From assembly GCA_002189035.1 (NCBI GenBank), contig NEEC01000007.1:2914001-2978000 (forward strand): a stretch of 64,000 bases of DNA, in the 5' to 3' direction. The DNA comes from Utricularia gibba (Eukaryota > Plantae > Magnoliophyta). Positions 1-12,661 of this stretch are shown in pieces (within the stretch, counting starts at the first letter, position 1; each line of letters starts with the position of its first letter). The notes under the pieces were generated by a model. That model was not told where the DNA came from, searched no databases, and was given only the letters and a program-made list of their open reading frames with translations. Made by a program: the position numbers and the translations under genes.

Positions 1-123
1 ACCTGTGATAGCATGCTCTTGAGAATGAGTCTTGTTCTGTAAAAAGCAAGCCAAAAGATATAGGAAGTAACAGCTACTTGTACCATGTGAGGCAAGGAGC
101 GGCGGGATGGCAGCATCTGAAAC

Positions 124-2981
124 TTAACCTTTCTTCCGTGGGGTCTCCGATTGAAGAAGCGGAATGCCGAATACCCAATCCAGAACATTCAGGTACTTGG
201 ATCGGAAGACATCGCGCTCAATGGCATAACAATGCATGATGACAGCAGTCGATAAGCTGAAGATCACAACATCAGCTCTGTTGCAGTTTCTCCAGTGAGG
301 CAAGCACCCTGCATCTGCCATTGATGCAAAGAAGCTCTCTGTTGCTCGCGCAAAGCAGTAGAGGGATATCTCCATCCGTCTGCTCTTCTTCTCCACTGCA
401 AGGGCGAGGCCGGCTGGAAACTGTTACAGGAAAATGCACAAAGAATACATCATCCTTGTGCGTGCGGAGGGAAATGAAGAGTGGGGGCATTCCCAGTCTA
501 CCAATGCTAGTGCCAGCAACGGGACATTGCTTTTTCCTGCAATCCTGAACAGGAGGCATATCCACATCCTACAGATCAAAAACCATGAAATAAAGTGATT
601 AACTGGATTTTTACTCATACCTGGATGATACTTTGGTTTGCTTACCAGGCAGACGCGCAACACAATGAAAGAAACAAGCTCGATCTCGCAGTGCCAAGAA
701 GACCCTTTGAAAGAATCGTGTATGGCCTACCACAAAACAAATGCAGGAGGTAAACGGATTTAGTGCTGAGGAGACAAGTGATAAGCCTGGAAAGGTGTAA
801 ATACTCCGTTGCGACATGGAAACAATGGTTACTGGTTGATCTGCTCAAGATATTTAATGCTGCATTGTCTAGAACCCAAGGTGGGAAATTTTTGAAAAAC
901 CACTCCAATCATTATACTTACCGTTTCAAAATATCTAGACGGTGAACAATCAGCGCTGGAATTAGATATACAGGTAGATAGACTGGCAATGCTCTTTGAT
1001 ATGCATGAAAAAGAAAGGTAAAGCAATGTGCTGCGCATGACTGATTACCATGGATCATCTGCATGAACACAAGATTCTGTCTTAGTGTAACATTATATGA
1101 AGCCCAAACCTTGTAGTTGGAGAGCCTTGCTACAGCATCAATAAGAGCCAAGGGATCAAGCAAGTGGTAAAGGAAAAAAACTCAACATGCCCAGTTTGGA
1201 AATTCGAGTATTCCTTGTAAAGGACTCTTCCATGGCCCCGTGATATGAAATTACAGCTTACAGCATGATAATCAAAAAGATGTGCGTGGTATACTGGTGT
1301 CAAGGATTTCCCAAAGAGAATATATCATCATTTTACACAGCCACCCAGTACAATGGAATACACAGACATTACGCTTGGATAAAAGATTATTGAGTTGAGT
1401 TCATACCGAACAAGGTATTTTCATTTCTGGATCGAGTTTAACATCAGCACCATTCATCTTGTAATATTTCTCTATTCCTTCTAAATTTGTAAAAGGAAGT
1501 CCACACAATAAGTCTCTGATACCATTCACAATGACGGGATCCTTTCCCCCATGTTTGTTGACAAATGACTTATAAGATGGAGGCAGACTATCTTGCTTCA
1601 AAAAATAGGCACACCTAAAGCAAAGCACCACGTTCCAGAAAAGAAAACAGTAAGATCGAGTAAACAAAAAAGAAGAAGAATTCGATATATTCCTTTAGAC
1701 ATAAGATCTGGAGTTTGTCGATCATAATAAACTAAACAGGCTTGGGAAAAAAAAAGGAGAAACAGATACATTTAATGAACGAAGTACCAAACAAATGATT
1801 TGTAATTCATAGAGCAGGTTTAAAATCATTACGGGAACAAACAGATCAAAATTCTTTATCAGCACTCCTGAGCCGGATCATAGGATGGAAAAAATAAGAA
1901 TAATGGAAGTTCAAATAAGAAATAGGAAAAAAGGAAAAGAAGCCCTTACAGAATTTGTGAAGTCGAGATACACATTAGGAAAATGTCTCCATGTGACCAT
2001 GATAGAGGTTTACAAAGAGACCCAAATTTCGGGCTCTTTATCCCACATCTAGCTGCCAATACAGCAGCACGCATCAGAATGTAAATGGCCAAGCTTGTGT
2101 GCTGCGTGTTAAGCCCAGTAAGAAGAATAGATGGCCCTGCAACAGCACCAGCCACCAAAGCTCTCCATTTTGCTGTCCTAAATAGTAAACAAATTCAAAA
2201 CAATCAAGATGATGAACAACTGCATCGTTTCGTAAGTAACCGCATGCTTCACCCAAGCAGCTTCAAATGTGCCTGACCAAAATTTATGCAGAATTTCAGA
2301 GCTTAACGCAATTCCAGAAGTGATTCACCTTTAACTCTCACATGCAAACAAGGTAATAGTTTCTCCTACGTTTCAACAAATTAGCACTGCTTTTGTTCTG
2401 TAATGAAGGTGAAATTACTCATCTACAGTTTGGTTGCTACATCAGATTACTTCCCAAACAGCAACAAAACTCAAAAAACCATACCGGCGGTGGCCACCCA
2501 TAGCAGAGATAAACTCATCAACAGACACAAATGTGCCGGCAAATGTACCGAGAAACAGCCCGTATTTCAATGTTTCCTTCAGAGACGAAAGGACGTCGGC
2601 ATTCATTGAACCCATCTCACGCTTCCTGAAAGAACATCCCATACATTAGTTAAATCATTCCTAAATATACATAAGACGCAATTGAGTGAATGATCAAACG
2701 AACAGTCGGCGACGGCGGAGGCGCATCAGTAAAGAAAAGAAGGCCAGGCCCTCTTTCAATCCAGCGCCGATGACGAATCCCTTCACGGAGGCCGTGTAAA
2801 CTCGCCAATACTTATCGTAGTCCTGAACCGGAAACGATTCCAAACTGAGCAGCGAGCGTGACGATGACGCAGATAGAAGCTTGGAGCTCGAAGATCGACT
2901 CTTCCCACACTCCTTACAGCCGATTGAGTCGCAAGGGCATGCCCCGGCGGAGTCCCCGACGCCATCCGCCGTATCCGCCAT
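124..2981 (-). CDS. TMEM135-like (Tim17/PMP24-related) membrane protein, 8 exons
   Basis: Exons join across GT-AG introns into ...TASVKGFVIGAGLK / KETLKYGLFLGTFAGTFVSVDE / TAKWRALVAGAVAGPSILLTG / QDSLPPSYKSFVNKHGGKD / YQRALPVYLPVYLIPALIVHR / GTARSSLFLS / EKKSRRMEISLYCFARA...FRSKYLNVLDWVFG, a motif series recalled from plant TMEM135 homologues. ATG 2981, TAA 124-126. The exon 1 donor is weak and ambiguous. Confidence 0.88.
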
Positions 2982-3121
2982 CTGAATTCAGCTCCACGGT
3001 TGAGCAACAAAAGTCGACTGAAGAAGGAAGCTTCCGCGGCCGCCCATTCAGCAGCGGATAAACTGGGTCCCACGCTTCCAAAGCCTTGTGCGTTGATTCG
3101 CCCATAATTTTGCAACGTGGA

Positions 3122-5969
3122 TAGAGGTGGACATGAGTTGACTCAATGAGTTGACTTGTAGGGATTCGACTCCTGACTCGTAATCATGTGAAAATGAGTT
3201 TCAATCAAATACATATGCACCAGTACGAGTTGACTTGTCAATTTAATTCAATTTTTTTTTAAAATAAACAATATTTTGAAACACTCTAAAAAATTAATTA
3301 TATTTTTTTTTCTGGAATCCAATTATTAAGCCCAAATCTAATCAATAAAAGAGATCATCTCAGATTTAGGGTTTGAAAAAGTTCAGTTGTATCATTTTCT
3401 AAACATTTTCAATGTGATTTTCATGCCAATTTCTTACGTTATTTTGTTTATGCATAATCTTTGTATATGGTTGAATCGTCAAACCCTTCTGTCCCATGGT
3501 CGCACAATGAAAACATTGGCATCAATGTAGAAGATGTCGAGGAGTTTCTTCAACCTCGAACAAGCGCAAATCACCTTCACTGGATTGGCATGACCATTTT
3601 GTGCATGATACAAAGAAACATAAGGTAATCTATAAGTATTGTTCAATTTCTTATAAGCATGGTAAAGTTGGTGCTACTACCAATTTTTTACATCATATTA
3701 AAAACAAACATCCTGATAGAGATACTTCAAATCTTAGACAACCAAAATTGCATATTGTCAGTGATAGTATTAATTCCAAATTTACATTTGATTCAAATAT
3801 GGCTCAAATTGATTATCTACTTGCTTTTATTGCTAGTGAAAAACCTTTTTCTGAAGTTGAGAATTCATTTATTATGAATTTTTTTACAAACAGTATGCAG
3901 GCTCAATTTATTCCTTTTTCTAGAAGAAAAGCTGTTAGAATTTGTTTAGAACAATTCCATGAGCAAAAAGCATTTTTGATCTCTTTATTTTAATCAATTA
4001 AATGCAAGTTTTGTTTGACAAGTGATAGCTGGCGTGGTATAAATGGTGAAAACTATATTATCATTACTGCTTGTTGGATTAATTCTGATTAGGTCATTGA
4101 AAAAAGAATCTTTGGGTTTCTACCTTGGGATCATCCTCACACTGGTGCACGTATTGCTATTTTAATTACTGATATATGTCATGAATATGTTATACTTTAT
4201 CACATTTTCTCTATTACTCTTGATAATGCATCTAATAATTGGAGTACTATCAAATCTCTAAAAACTTCCATGAATCGTATGCTGGTTAGTGCTTTATTTC
4301 ATTCTAGATGTGCATGTTACATTCTAAATTTTTGTGTTCAAAATGCTTTGCAAAATCCTTAAATTAATACTTTACTTAGTTCTGTGCACAAGTTAGTTAA
4401 TGTGTTAAAGATTTCTAGTGTTAAAAAAACAACTTTTAAACGTTTGTGTGAGGTTAATAATATTTCATTTAAAACTTTAAAGCATGATTTACCCACTAGA
4501 TGGAATTCTACTTTAATATGTTTTGATCTTTTCTTTCATATAGACAAGTTGTTGAAACATTTATAGCTATGCATGATGACTTAGATTGTAAAGTTGAAGA
4601 TGCTGATTTTGATAAATTTGAGGTTTTTGTTGATTTCTTTTCTGTTTTCCATCGTTTTACATTATTATTTAGTGGTGTGTATTATCCTACTACTCATTTG
4701 GTGTTACCAATTTTGATTAGCATTGCTTTGTTATTAAAAAAATATTATAATGATGATTTTCTTTGTTGTGTTATTAAAAAAATGATTCCAAAGTTTTTGA
4801 AATATTATGATCTTATTCCTTCTTTATTGCTAGTGGCCAACATGATTGATCCTCTAGTTAAAGGATTAGGCTTGCTGGTTTTAATGTGTATTGTGCGTTT
4901 TATAATTCTCTTAACATAGTTGGTGTGAATTTGAGTGCTAAAAATATGCATGAGACTGCTCTTTTAACTTTAAATCAGTTATATGAGTTATATGATCTTA
5001 ATGCGAATGTTGTGAAATTTGGTCAATCAGAGGCTGAGAATGATAGTGTCGTGGTTTCAACCACAGACGATTATTGGTCTGTGATATAGGTTTATGCTTT
5101 TTCTAGCATGGGAACAAGAGCTAGTGAGGTTGCATTGTATAATGCAATGCATCAACTATATGGCAATAAGGGGGATAACTTTGATATACTTGATTGGTGT
5201 AAAAACCAGTCCTCCCATTATCCTATTTTGTCATAGGTTGCCAAGGATATTCTCACACCTCCAGCTTCGACGATTGCTTCTCAGAGTGCTTTCAGTGCTA
5301 GTGGAAGAGCTCTTACAGCGAAGAGATCGTGTTTAGCACCAAAAACTTTGGAGGCTTGTGTATGCTTAAAGGATTGATTGCAAGCTAAACAAAAGTTACA
5401 AAACTTGATAATAGGTGATGAGAATGATGAAGAAGTGGATGAAGAGGTAGAAGTTTTTGATTAATATATATTGTGGTATTTTTCTTTCTTTGTTTTCCTT
5501 AACAAAATTTTTAACTCCGCTAATGATAATCATTGCAAGTCCCAAGCCTGGATAAAGGAGGAGAGAAAATTTGAAAGATTTGATTTTTTGTGTTCATATT
5601 TTTTTGATTTGATTGGTGAAATTATTTAACTTGCAACTAATTATATTTTTATAGAGTAGAAGTTTTTTTAACATTATGTTTTATTCTTTACAGTAAGATT
5701 CATTATTCTTCAATTGCATGCTTGTAGAACTATTGAGGAAAGCGTAAGTAACAAATTTGTCTTCTATCCTCTTGTACATTATATGACAAGTATGGTTATG
5801 TTTAGTTAATTTTTCATTGCATACTTGTGAAATTATTGCTTGATGACTCGTACATGAGTCGAGTCAAGGGTCAACTTGTGATGGGTTGGACTTGTCAAGT
5901 AAATTGGCTCGATTTTGACTCGTCTTACTCGACTCGAACTAGTATGAGTCGGACTCGTGCCCACCACGT
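3122..5969 (+). mobile_element. hAT (Ac/Tam3-type) DNA transposon, degenerate
   Basis: Left end TAGAGGTGGACATGAG, right end CTCGTGCCCACCACGT (imperfect TIR). Flanks aacgtgga (3114-3121) and tacatgga (5970-5977) form a 6/8 8-bp TSD. GACTC/GAGTC subterminal repeats are dense at both ends. Confidence 0.8.
3480..5460 (+). pseudogene. hAT transposase pseudogene (BED finger, catalytic core, C-terminal dimerisation domain)
   Basis: Broken ORFs with BED-like YCSISYKHGKVGATTNFLHHIKNKHP, LKHDLPTRWNSTL and FSGVYYPTTHLVLP, and a C-terminal VAKDILTPPASTIASQSAFSASGRALTAKRSCLAPKTLEACVCLKD. Multiple stops and frameshifts. Confidence 0.88.
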
Positions 5970-6032
5970 TACATGGATCCAATCTAATCAAAAGACTCAT
6001 CTCATGGCTTTTAAAATAAACGTTCCCATCTG

Positions 6033-6307
6033 CTAAGCCAATGCTCTTACAGAAGCGATTGCCACCCTTACCTAGGGCCTTACCCTTCCTTGACTTCTTC
6101 AAGCTAAAACAAAAAAAAAAGCATTACTCTCATGCATTTTTCTAAAAATAAATACAAAATGTTCGAAATTATTGACAAGAGAAAAAACCTTCGACTGCTT
6201 CAAAAACGCCTTCTCCGTCTAAAAATTCGATACATTGATGAGTCAGTAGATAAATATGGTTCCCAATATACAATCATATACCATGACCGCCTCACCTGCT
6301 TCGCCAT
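6033..6307 (-). pseudogene. RPS11: 40S ribosomal protein S11 (uS17) 5' gene fragment with two introns
   Basis: Exon 1 MAKQ (6307-6296, donor GTGAG); exon 2 [12 protein letters not shown] (from 6218, after AG); exon 3 (from 6103) LKKSRKGKALGKGGNRFCKSIGL. This matches the plant RPS11 N-terminus [41 protein letters not shown]. One extra T at the end of exon 2 shifts the frame, and similarity stops after IGL. Confidence 0.85.
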
Positions 6308-6439
6308 CATTGTCAAGTGTCAGAATCCAGCGAGGCTACCGATAATGGAGAAGCAATGGCGGCGTGATCCCCAGTTTTGGTGAAAGTGAAGATGACAAAT
6401 TATTTCGTTGTAATGAAAAATGGGTCTCAAGACCTGATC

Positions 6440-6481
6440 AGCCCAAACAAGGAAAGGCTTTAGTTTAGAACAACTTGGGCT
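6440..6481. promoter_or_regulatory. Site II (TGGGCY) motifs upstream of the RPS11 fragment
   Basis: AGCCCA at 6440-6445 and TGGGCT at 6476-6481, 130-175 bp upstream of the ATG. Site II elements are typical of plant ribosomal-protein promoters. Confidence 0.4.
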
Positions 6482-6960
6482 TTGCATGCGGGCTTTTGCT
6501 CTCAGTTCCCCAGTATTGAAAATAATAATAATGGAGAATTTTCAAAACAAACGGCATAAATTAACGAGATCTGAACAATAGGGATGAGCAATTCGAAGTT
6601 CACTAATATTTTCATTGTTTGCTATTATTATGATTATTTAATAATGAAACATTATTTTAAAGTGATGGTAAAATTTAAAGGAAATATGCAGATAAACATT
6701 AACTAAGCACAAGTTATTTTCTTATTTTATTAACCACTATGTATAAGCTCTTTATATAAAGAGTATATAATAATTTTTATTTACGTATTAAAAAAAATTA
6801 TCTTTTCCAAATAACTTCATCCAAAATTTACTCCAATAATTACACACCCAACCTCCTTCAATAATTGCATATGGTGAAGTGAGTGTGGAGGGCCACCGAT
6901 ATTGATCATTATCAAACTTCCGAGTGATCGTAGATAACTAGGATTTCAGTGACAGCGAAG

Positions 6961-9328
6961 ATGGAGAGTGAGAATATAAAGAAAATAGTGGCAATTTTCT
7001 CAATAGAGGTCGATAGGGGTGATCCACTGCATCAAAGTGACCTAGACCCCCCAATACAGTCTTGGTATATGATCTATTAACAACAAAAAATTATTTTGAT
7101 TGGAGATGTAGAATCAAATTAGCATTGAAAGGCAAAAATAAATTAGGTTTTATCTATGAAGATATTCCGATAGATTTTGGGACTAAACTTTCTCAATTTC
7201 TCTTAAGGCTAAACAATAAATTTGAGGCTATTCAAAATCAGATCTGAGCTATGGACTCGATGCTAGTTGCAAAAGCATATAACATGTTAATGTTGAGCAC
7301 CATTTGAATAGGAGAGAAGATTCAAGTTAAATTAACTTATTTGGAAATGCAGCCTTCACTACTAGTTCAATTGTATATGGAAAAAATCCTAATAATACTG
7401 ATGTAAATTTGGAACCAAGACAAAGAAGGGACAATCGCCTTTGCATGATATGTAAGAAGAGTAGACATATAGCTAAAAATTGTTTTACGATTGTAGAACC
7501 ACCGCCATGGTGGAGTCCTAAAGGAGAGAGATAGAATGGGCAGTAGCAAAAAAATCAAGTTGAAGGCAGAAGTTACTTGCACAATCATTCACATGGATAA
7601 CAAAACTAGCATAATATAAATCAATCAAGATGGGATTATCAATATGCAAAGCTCATGGCTCATTGTGTTGACATGCCTATGGATGAGTCGTATAATGATG
7701 AGTAACAAATGAACATCCTAATATGAATGGTATCTCTCCTGATCCAATGTCAATTTTGCATGATCTAGCAAAATTATTTAGTGATCAACAACAAAACAAA
7801 AAATTGAGATCTAACTCGGGATCCTCTAGAAGTTCACAACACCCCATAAATTTCGCTAAGCTTGAATTCTCAAATATGGTGAAACTTTATAGTTTGGAAT
7901 TTGTGAACTTGGCTGGATTTGAGTTAAGAATGATGAATAGAATACCTGATGCTTTTATATGTAACTCTGGGGAATGGATAGTTGATTCAGGTGTTACTAC
8001 CCACATAGGATATTCTGAGGAATATTTTACCTTACTTCGAAATATTATAAATATTCAAGTATGCGTGCCTAATTATTTAAGCGTATCAATTAGCTGTTTG
8101 AGAACAATATCTCTTATAGATAAGATTCATTTATTGAGCACTTTATTGGTGTCGTCATTTAAATATAACATTTTATCTGTAAATTACTTGTTAGATGATA
8201 TGAGACTAGATGTATTATTTTCAAGTCATTATTGAGCATTGCACGGCAAGGGTACAAGTGAGGTGATAACAGTTGGTAGAGTTTGAGATGGACTTTACAT
8301 TTTGGAGAAGGGATCTTTTATTCCACATTTAGTTGATGGTTTTAAAGCTTTGAGATAGTCAGTTTGTCTGAAAAAGAGTTTGATTAATGTTGCGCTACCT
8401 AAATTATATTACTTTAGTGGTTCCTTTTATAAATTAGAAATCTATTTATTATGGCAATCTAAACTTCTTCATATCTTAGATTTCAAATCCACACATATGC
8501 ATATGCATTATGGTTTGAATAGAACCCCATGTAATATATGTCATTATACAAAATTTCCTAGGTTGCCCTTTAGTCCTATCCTTTACATTACACCTCATAA
8601 TATGTATATGTTGCATTGTGACTTATGAGGATCATACAGCGTATAAACTATCACGGGATCAAAATATTTCTTTAATATTGTGGATGATAACTCTTGTGCT
8701 ACTTGAACTTTTTTGCTTTGAGATAATTTAAACATTGACTCATATATTCATGCTTTTTTATAACATGGGGAAAATAATTTCGGAAATTCTACAAAGCACA
8801 TTCGAACTAATAAGGGACAAGATTTCATGAGTGATAAATTGAGAGAACTATGTACTCTAAAGATATTCATCATCAACATAGTTAGACAAAAAGGCCACAA
8901 CAAAATGCATAAGTTGAGAGAAAATACAAGTATCTCTTAGAGGTCACTTGAACTCTAATATTTTAAGAAGAATTACCAAAAGAATTTTGGAGAGAAACTT
9001 TATTAATAGCAACATACATCATTAATAGATTGCCATCAAAGATTCTGAAATGAAAGACCCATTTGATGTGCTTATGGAAAAAGTATTGGAATTATCACAT
9101 TTATGAGTTTTCGATGTTTGTGTTTTGTAGGCATACTTGATTCCACTGCAGACAAGTTGGAACCAAGGGCTTGAAAGTGTATTTTTGTTAGATATCCTAT
9201 GGATCCTAAGGAACACTAACTATATGCTACAAATAAAAAAGAGTTTTTTTATCCAAAGATATGTATTTTTATAGAGTCTATTGTTAATGAGGGACCTATT
9301 ATACTATGAATGATTTGGAAATTATATT
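6961..9328 (+). mobile_element. Ty1/Copia retrotransposon remnant, 5' part (gag, protease, integrase)
   Basis: Gag-like YDLLTTKNYFDWRCRIKLALKGKNKLGFI, protease EWIVDSGVTTHI, and integrase remnants (LHCDL..., IVDDNSCAT). Heavily disrupted; LTR and PBS not recognised. Confidence 0.85.
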
Positions 9329-9875
9329 TGTTGTGGTAAAAAATCGACACTAAGGTGGAGATCGATTTTTGGGTCACAGGTACAGCCGAACGCGTCGTGT
9401 CTGATTAAGATATCAACGTTTCGGGTGATACAATGTGATTAAAAGGAAGGAAGAAAGACAGGGATTTTAACGTGGAAATCATCGGAAAATGAAAAAACCA
9501 CAGAGCTATCGAAGTTCACCGAAAATTGGTATTACTAGACAGAGTTGGAGAAAAAATACAAGTTAGAAGGTTTGGAGTTCAACCCCTTCTTCTTCAAGTT
9601 TTCTTGTATTTATAGAAGGGATTAGTCTGACCGAATTCTGAATCATGTAGGTGTCGGCTACTTTATCCGCTTGCTAAACGTACCATGATCCTACTTTCGG
9701 ATAACCGCCGACTGTTTTGAAATTATTGTAATTCGACTACTTTTCAAACTATCCAAAACAGCCGCCGCTGTCAAATTCTGACACTTATCGATCTGTCGGT
9801 CTGCAACAATTCGTCAGGACACCTTTTGGCTCCTTTTCAGTAACCGATGAACTCAATCGATTTTAGATTCCACCA
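9329..9875 (-). repeat. 3' LTR of the Tat/Retand element
   Basis: TGTTGTGG...ATTCCACCA aligns along its length with 13257-13780 (roughly 80% by eye). The adjacent purine tract ATGAGAGAGGCTGAA (9890-9876, minus strand) is the PPT. Confidence 0.85.
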
Positions 9876-10350
9876 TTCAGCCTCTCTCATTTGCCGCTAT
9901 TGGCCTCCTTGGGCAAATCGGTGAATCAGAATCATGATTATGTCGATCTCCAACATGCCGATTTCTTGAGGGTTAATCTTCCCCACAATCTAAGCTGGTT
10001 TTCACACCACGCGTCATCTCCGGATACTCCACATTTTTTCCCGCTCATTTTGTGCATCTCAATCGATGCGTCGCTTCGACTTCTGAATAACCCTCCTATA
10101 AATAAGCGCTTTTCCAATCCTTTACTTCCTCTTTCCGCTCGTAAGACTTCCGTGGTGTTCATGCTCCGTCACGTTCGCCGCCGTGAAATCCATCGGAAAC
10201 TGCAGATTTTTCAGGTACCCATCTGTTCTCTATCTTTTTCCGTTCAACTTCGTTGGAACTTGTTGGGCTTCTTTTTCTATTCTGATTTCTCCCTCTTGTT
10301 CCGGGTTTTGCTCCATTCTTGAGTTAGGTCCCTCCTTTAGTTCTCCTAAA

Positions 10351-10976
10351 ATGTTTACAAGATCCAGTGAACTAAAAATTCCTTCCCTTCGTATCCGTTA
10401 TTCGATTCCTGACGAGTATATCGTCTCTCATGCTCATTATACCGAAATCCCCTTGGGATTAGGTGAGAGTCTCCTCCTTTCTTTCAGCCTACCGATTCCC
10501 CTTGCCTATTTCGAAAGCGGTTTGCGCTTTCCTTTGCACCCCCTCATGGTTCGTTTTCTCCATACTTTTGTGATTCCACTTTATTGCCTTGCCCCCAACT
10601 CCATCTTTTGTTTTACTACCTTTTGTTCTATTCAACTGGCATGGATCCAGCGATGACGTTGGTAGACTTCTTTCAACTTTTCAAAATAGCAGTTCATAAG
10701 GCAAAGTCTCAAATGGTCGGCCGATCCCATTTCCAATTTCGGTGGTTTGAGGACAATCTCCATTTCATTGTAAAAACCCCTGATACTCACCACGATTGGT
10801 GGTCATCCTTTGTCTGGGTGGCGCCTCCATTGGGCTTTCGGTGGAACTTCCCCGTGGATCCTCCTATGCCCTTTAGAGTTAAACTCTTCGGTGCATATCG
10901 GCTCTCTGCCGAATCCCGCAAGATCCTATTTGAGAGGTTCAGCAAGGGTTTTGTCTGTTATGAATCACATGTTTAA
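10351..10976 (+). pseudogene. Antisense extra ORF of the Tat/Retand element (Transposase_28-like), one frameshift near 10625
   Basis: MFTRSSELKIPSLRIRYSIPDEY...AYFESGLRFPLHPLMVRFLHTFVIPLYCLAPNS, then ...PAMTLVDFFQLF...TPDTHHDWWSSFVWV. The GLRFPLHP...L.PNS motif is recalled from Tat/Retand antisense ORFs. Confidence 0.72.
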
Positions 10977-10979
10977 GGT

Positions 10980-11426
10980 AAACTCTTTGAAGGTCTTCGC
11001 AAGTTCCTTTACCTTAACGTAGTATAAAGTCATTAACGGGTCATGAGTTTCGTACTCACCTGAGAACTTCGCATGCACTGACCGCGAATCCGTGTAAGCA
11101 TCAAATTCTGCAACTCTAAGTTCCTTGACCACCTTCATTCCCTCGATTAGGGCTTCATACTCGGCAATATTATTGGAGGTGGGAAAATAGAATTTCACCA
11201 TGATATAAATGTGTTCTCCATCCCAAGTTCTGATATCAATTCCTCCTCTAGCCCCATTGTATGTTGAACTGTTGACATGCATGGCCCATCTGTCATTAGT
11301 TTCTGTGAATCGGTCAATGGACCTAGTCATTGTGACTACGAAATCGGCGAAAAGCTAAGCATTGATTACCATCCTCAACCTGAATTCGATATCCATGGTA
11401 CTTAATTCGATCGCTCATTTGGCCAC
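10980..11426 (-). pseudogene. Tat-type additional RNase HI domain (pol remnant)
   Basis: WAMHVNSS...PTSNNIAEYEALIEGMKVVKELRVAEFDAYTDS; continues the pol frame interrupted by the solo LTR (GRV-AKW motif split). Confidence 0.85.
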
Positions 11427-12656
11427 TGATGTTTGCTAAATGTCATGGTCTAGCACATTCAACGCATCAAAAGAAATTTATAACCTAGCTATTCTACTAC
11501 ACAAATCACATGAATTAATGTAGTGTAGAAAGCAAGGGTCGAATCCACAGGGAATGGTTGCAATTTCCTGAAGTTATCGCATTCACTAAAAATAGGGGGG
11601 TTTTCTGGGGTTTAGTTCTAACGTAGGTAAGACTTAAAATAATAGTGATTGAAATAAACGAGTTACAGGGATGAAAAAAGACTGAAATTAACGTGAAGGT
11701 GCAGAAAACACAAAATAAAAGTAATTCGACTGGGTTTTACACTAGGGTCTGGCTCTTGTGTCACTCAAGAGAGCCCATAGGCTTAAACCTAGTTTTGGAA
11801 TGCTTAAAAACAGAGTAATAGTTTGCAGAAACAGAGCATGGTTCGCAGGAACAATAAAAGTACGTTAAACTTAAGACCAAACATGAAAAGGGTAAACAAC
11901 AGCATGTTCATAAGCTAAAATAAGGTCTACAAAGAGTTTCTCGTTCACAACAAGGTACCGAAATACAGCAAAAAGCATAAAAACTACGACAATAATAGTA
12001 GCAAGTTCACGCAGAAATGGAAGTGCATAAATCTATAAATAAAAGAGTCAAGCTACATCTATGGGCTGGAGATCTATTGGAAATCAAGTTTTTGGGCGAA
12101 AAGACGGTGTAAAAGTGTAGATTTGGAGGTCACCGGAGAAACGAAGTTGTCCTTGCTCCCGCTTGCTCCTGTCCGTTGTCTGTGCACTCTGCGTGCACAG
12201 TATACGCTCTCCTCTTCTCTCCCTTCCTTTTCCCTTTTGTAGCTCAAAAGTAAGGGTAGCTTCGTTTTTTCCTCAGGCTTCTAGAAGGGAGATCTCTGCT
12301 CCAAATCTTATCCTTTCAGAAGGGCGGCTACTTTCGACGGAAAGTGACTTTTTCATAGCTTTTGTCTTTTCTGACTTGTCAACGTGGAAAGTACGCTGCT
12401 ATAGTACTAGCTCTTACCCTGGTAAGACTTAAAATACAGACTAGACAAAATATTAGAGTTTTCGACACAATTGTTGCCAATTGAGCCTGTTTTCACAATA
12501 TTGTTTTCACAATAGAGTTTTCACAGTATACACAATTGTTGCCAATTGAACAGACTAAATACGCAAAAGAAGACAATTTAACACACTAATTAACATTTAT
12601 CCCCACAAAACATACTTAAAAACATATATAAAAACACAACAAAAACGGTGTTATCA
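11427..12656 (-). mobile_element. Athila-like solo LTR inserted in the Tat pol remnant
   Basis: Termini TGAT...ATCA, perfect 5-bp TSD gccac (11422-11426 and 12657-12661), and the motif CCCTGTGGATTCGACCC near its 3' end. Homologous to 52866-53963. Lineage is assigned from a recalled motif. Confidence 0.85.
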
Positions 12657-12661
12657 GCCAC

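Noticed and set aside
5535-5565. CAAGTCCCAAGCCTGGATAAAGGAGGAG, resembling a motif I recall from plant RTE-type LINE 5' ends, inside the hAT 3' region
   Set aside because: Only about 28 bp and based on unverifiable recall; needs a Repbase/Dfam search.
6132-6383. 83-aa plus-strand ORF
   Set aside because: Antisense shadow of the RPS11 fragment; no recognisable motif.
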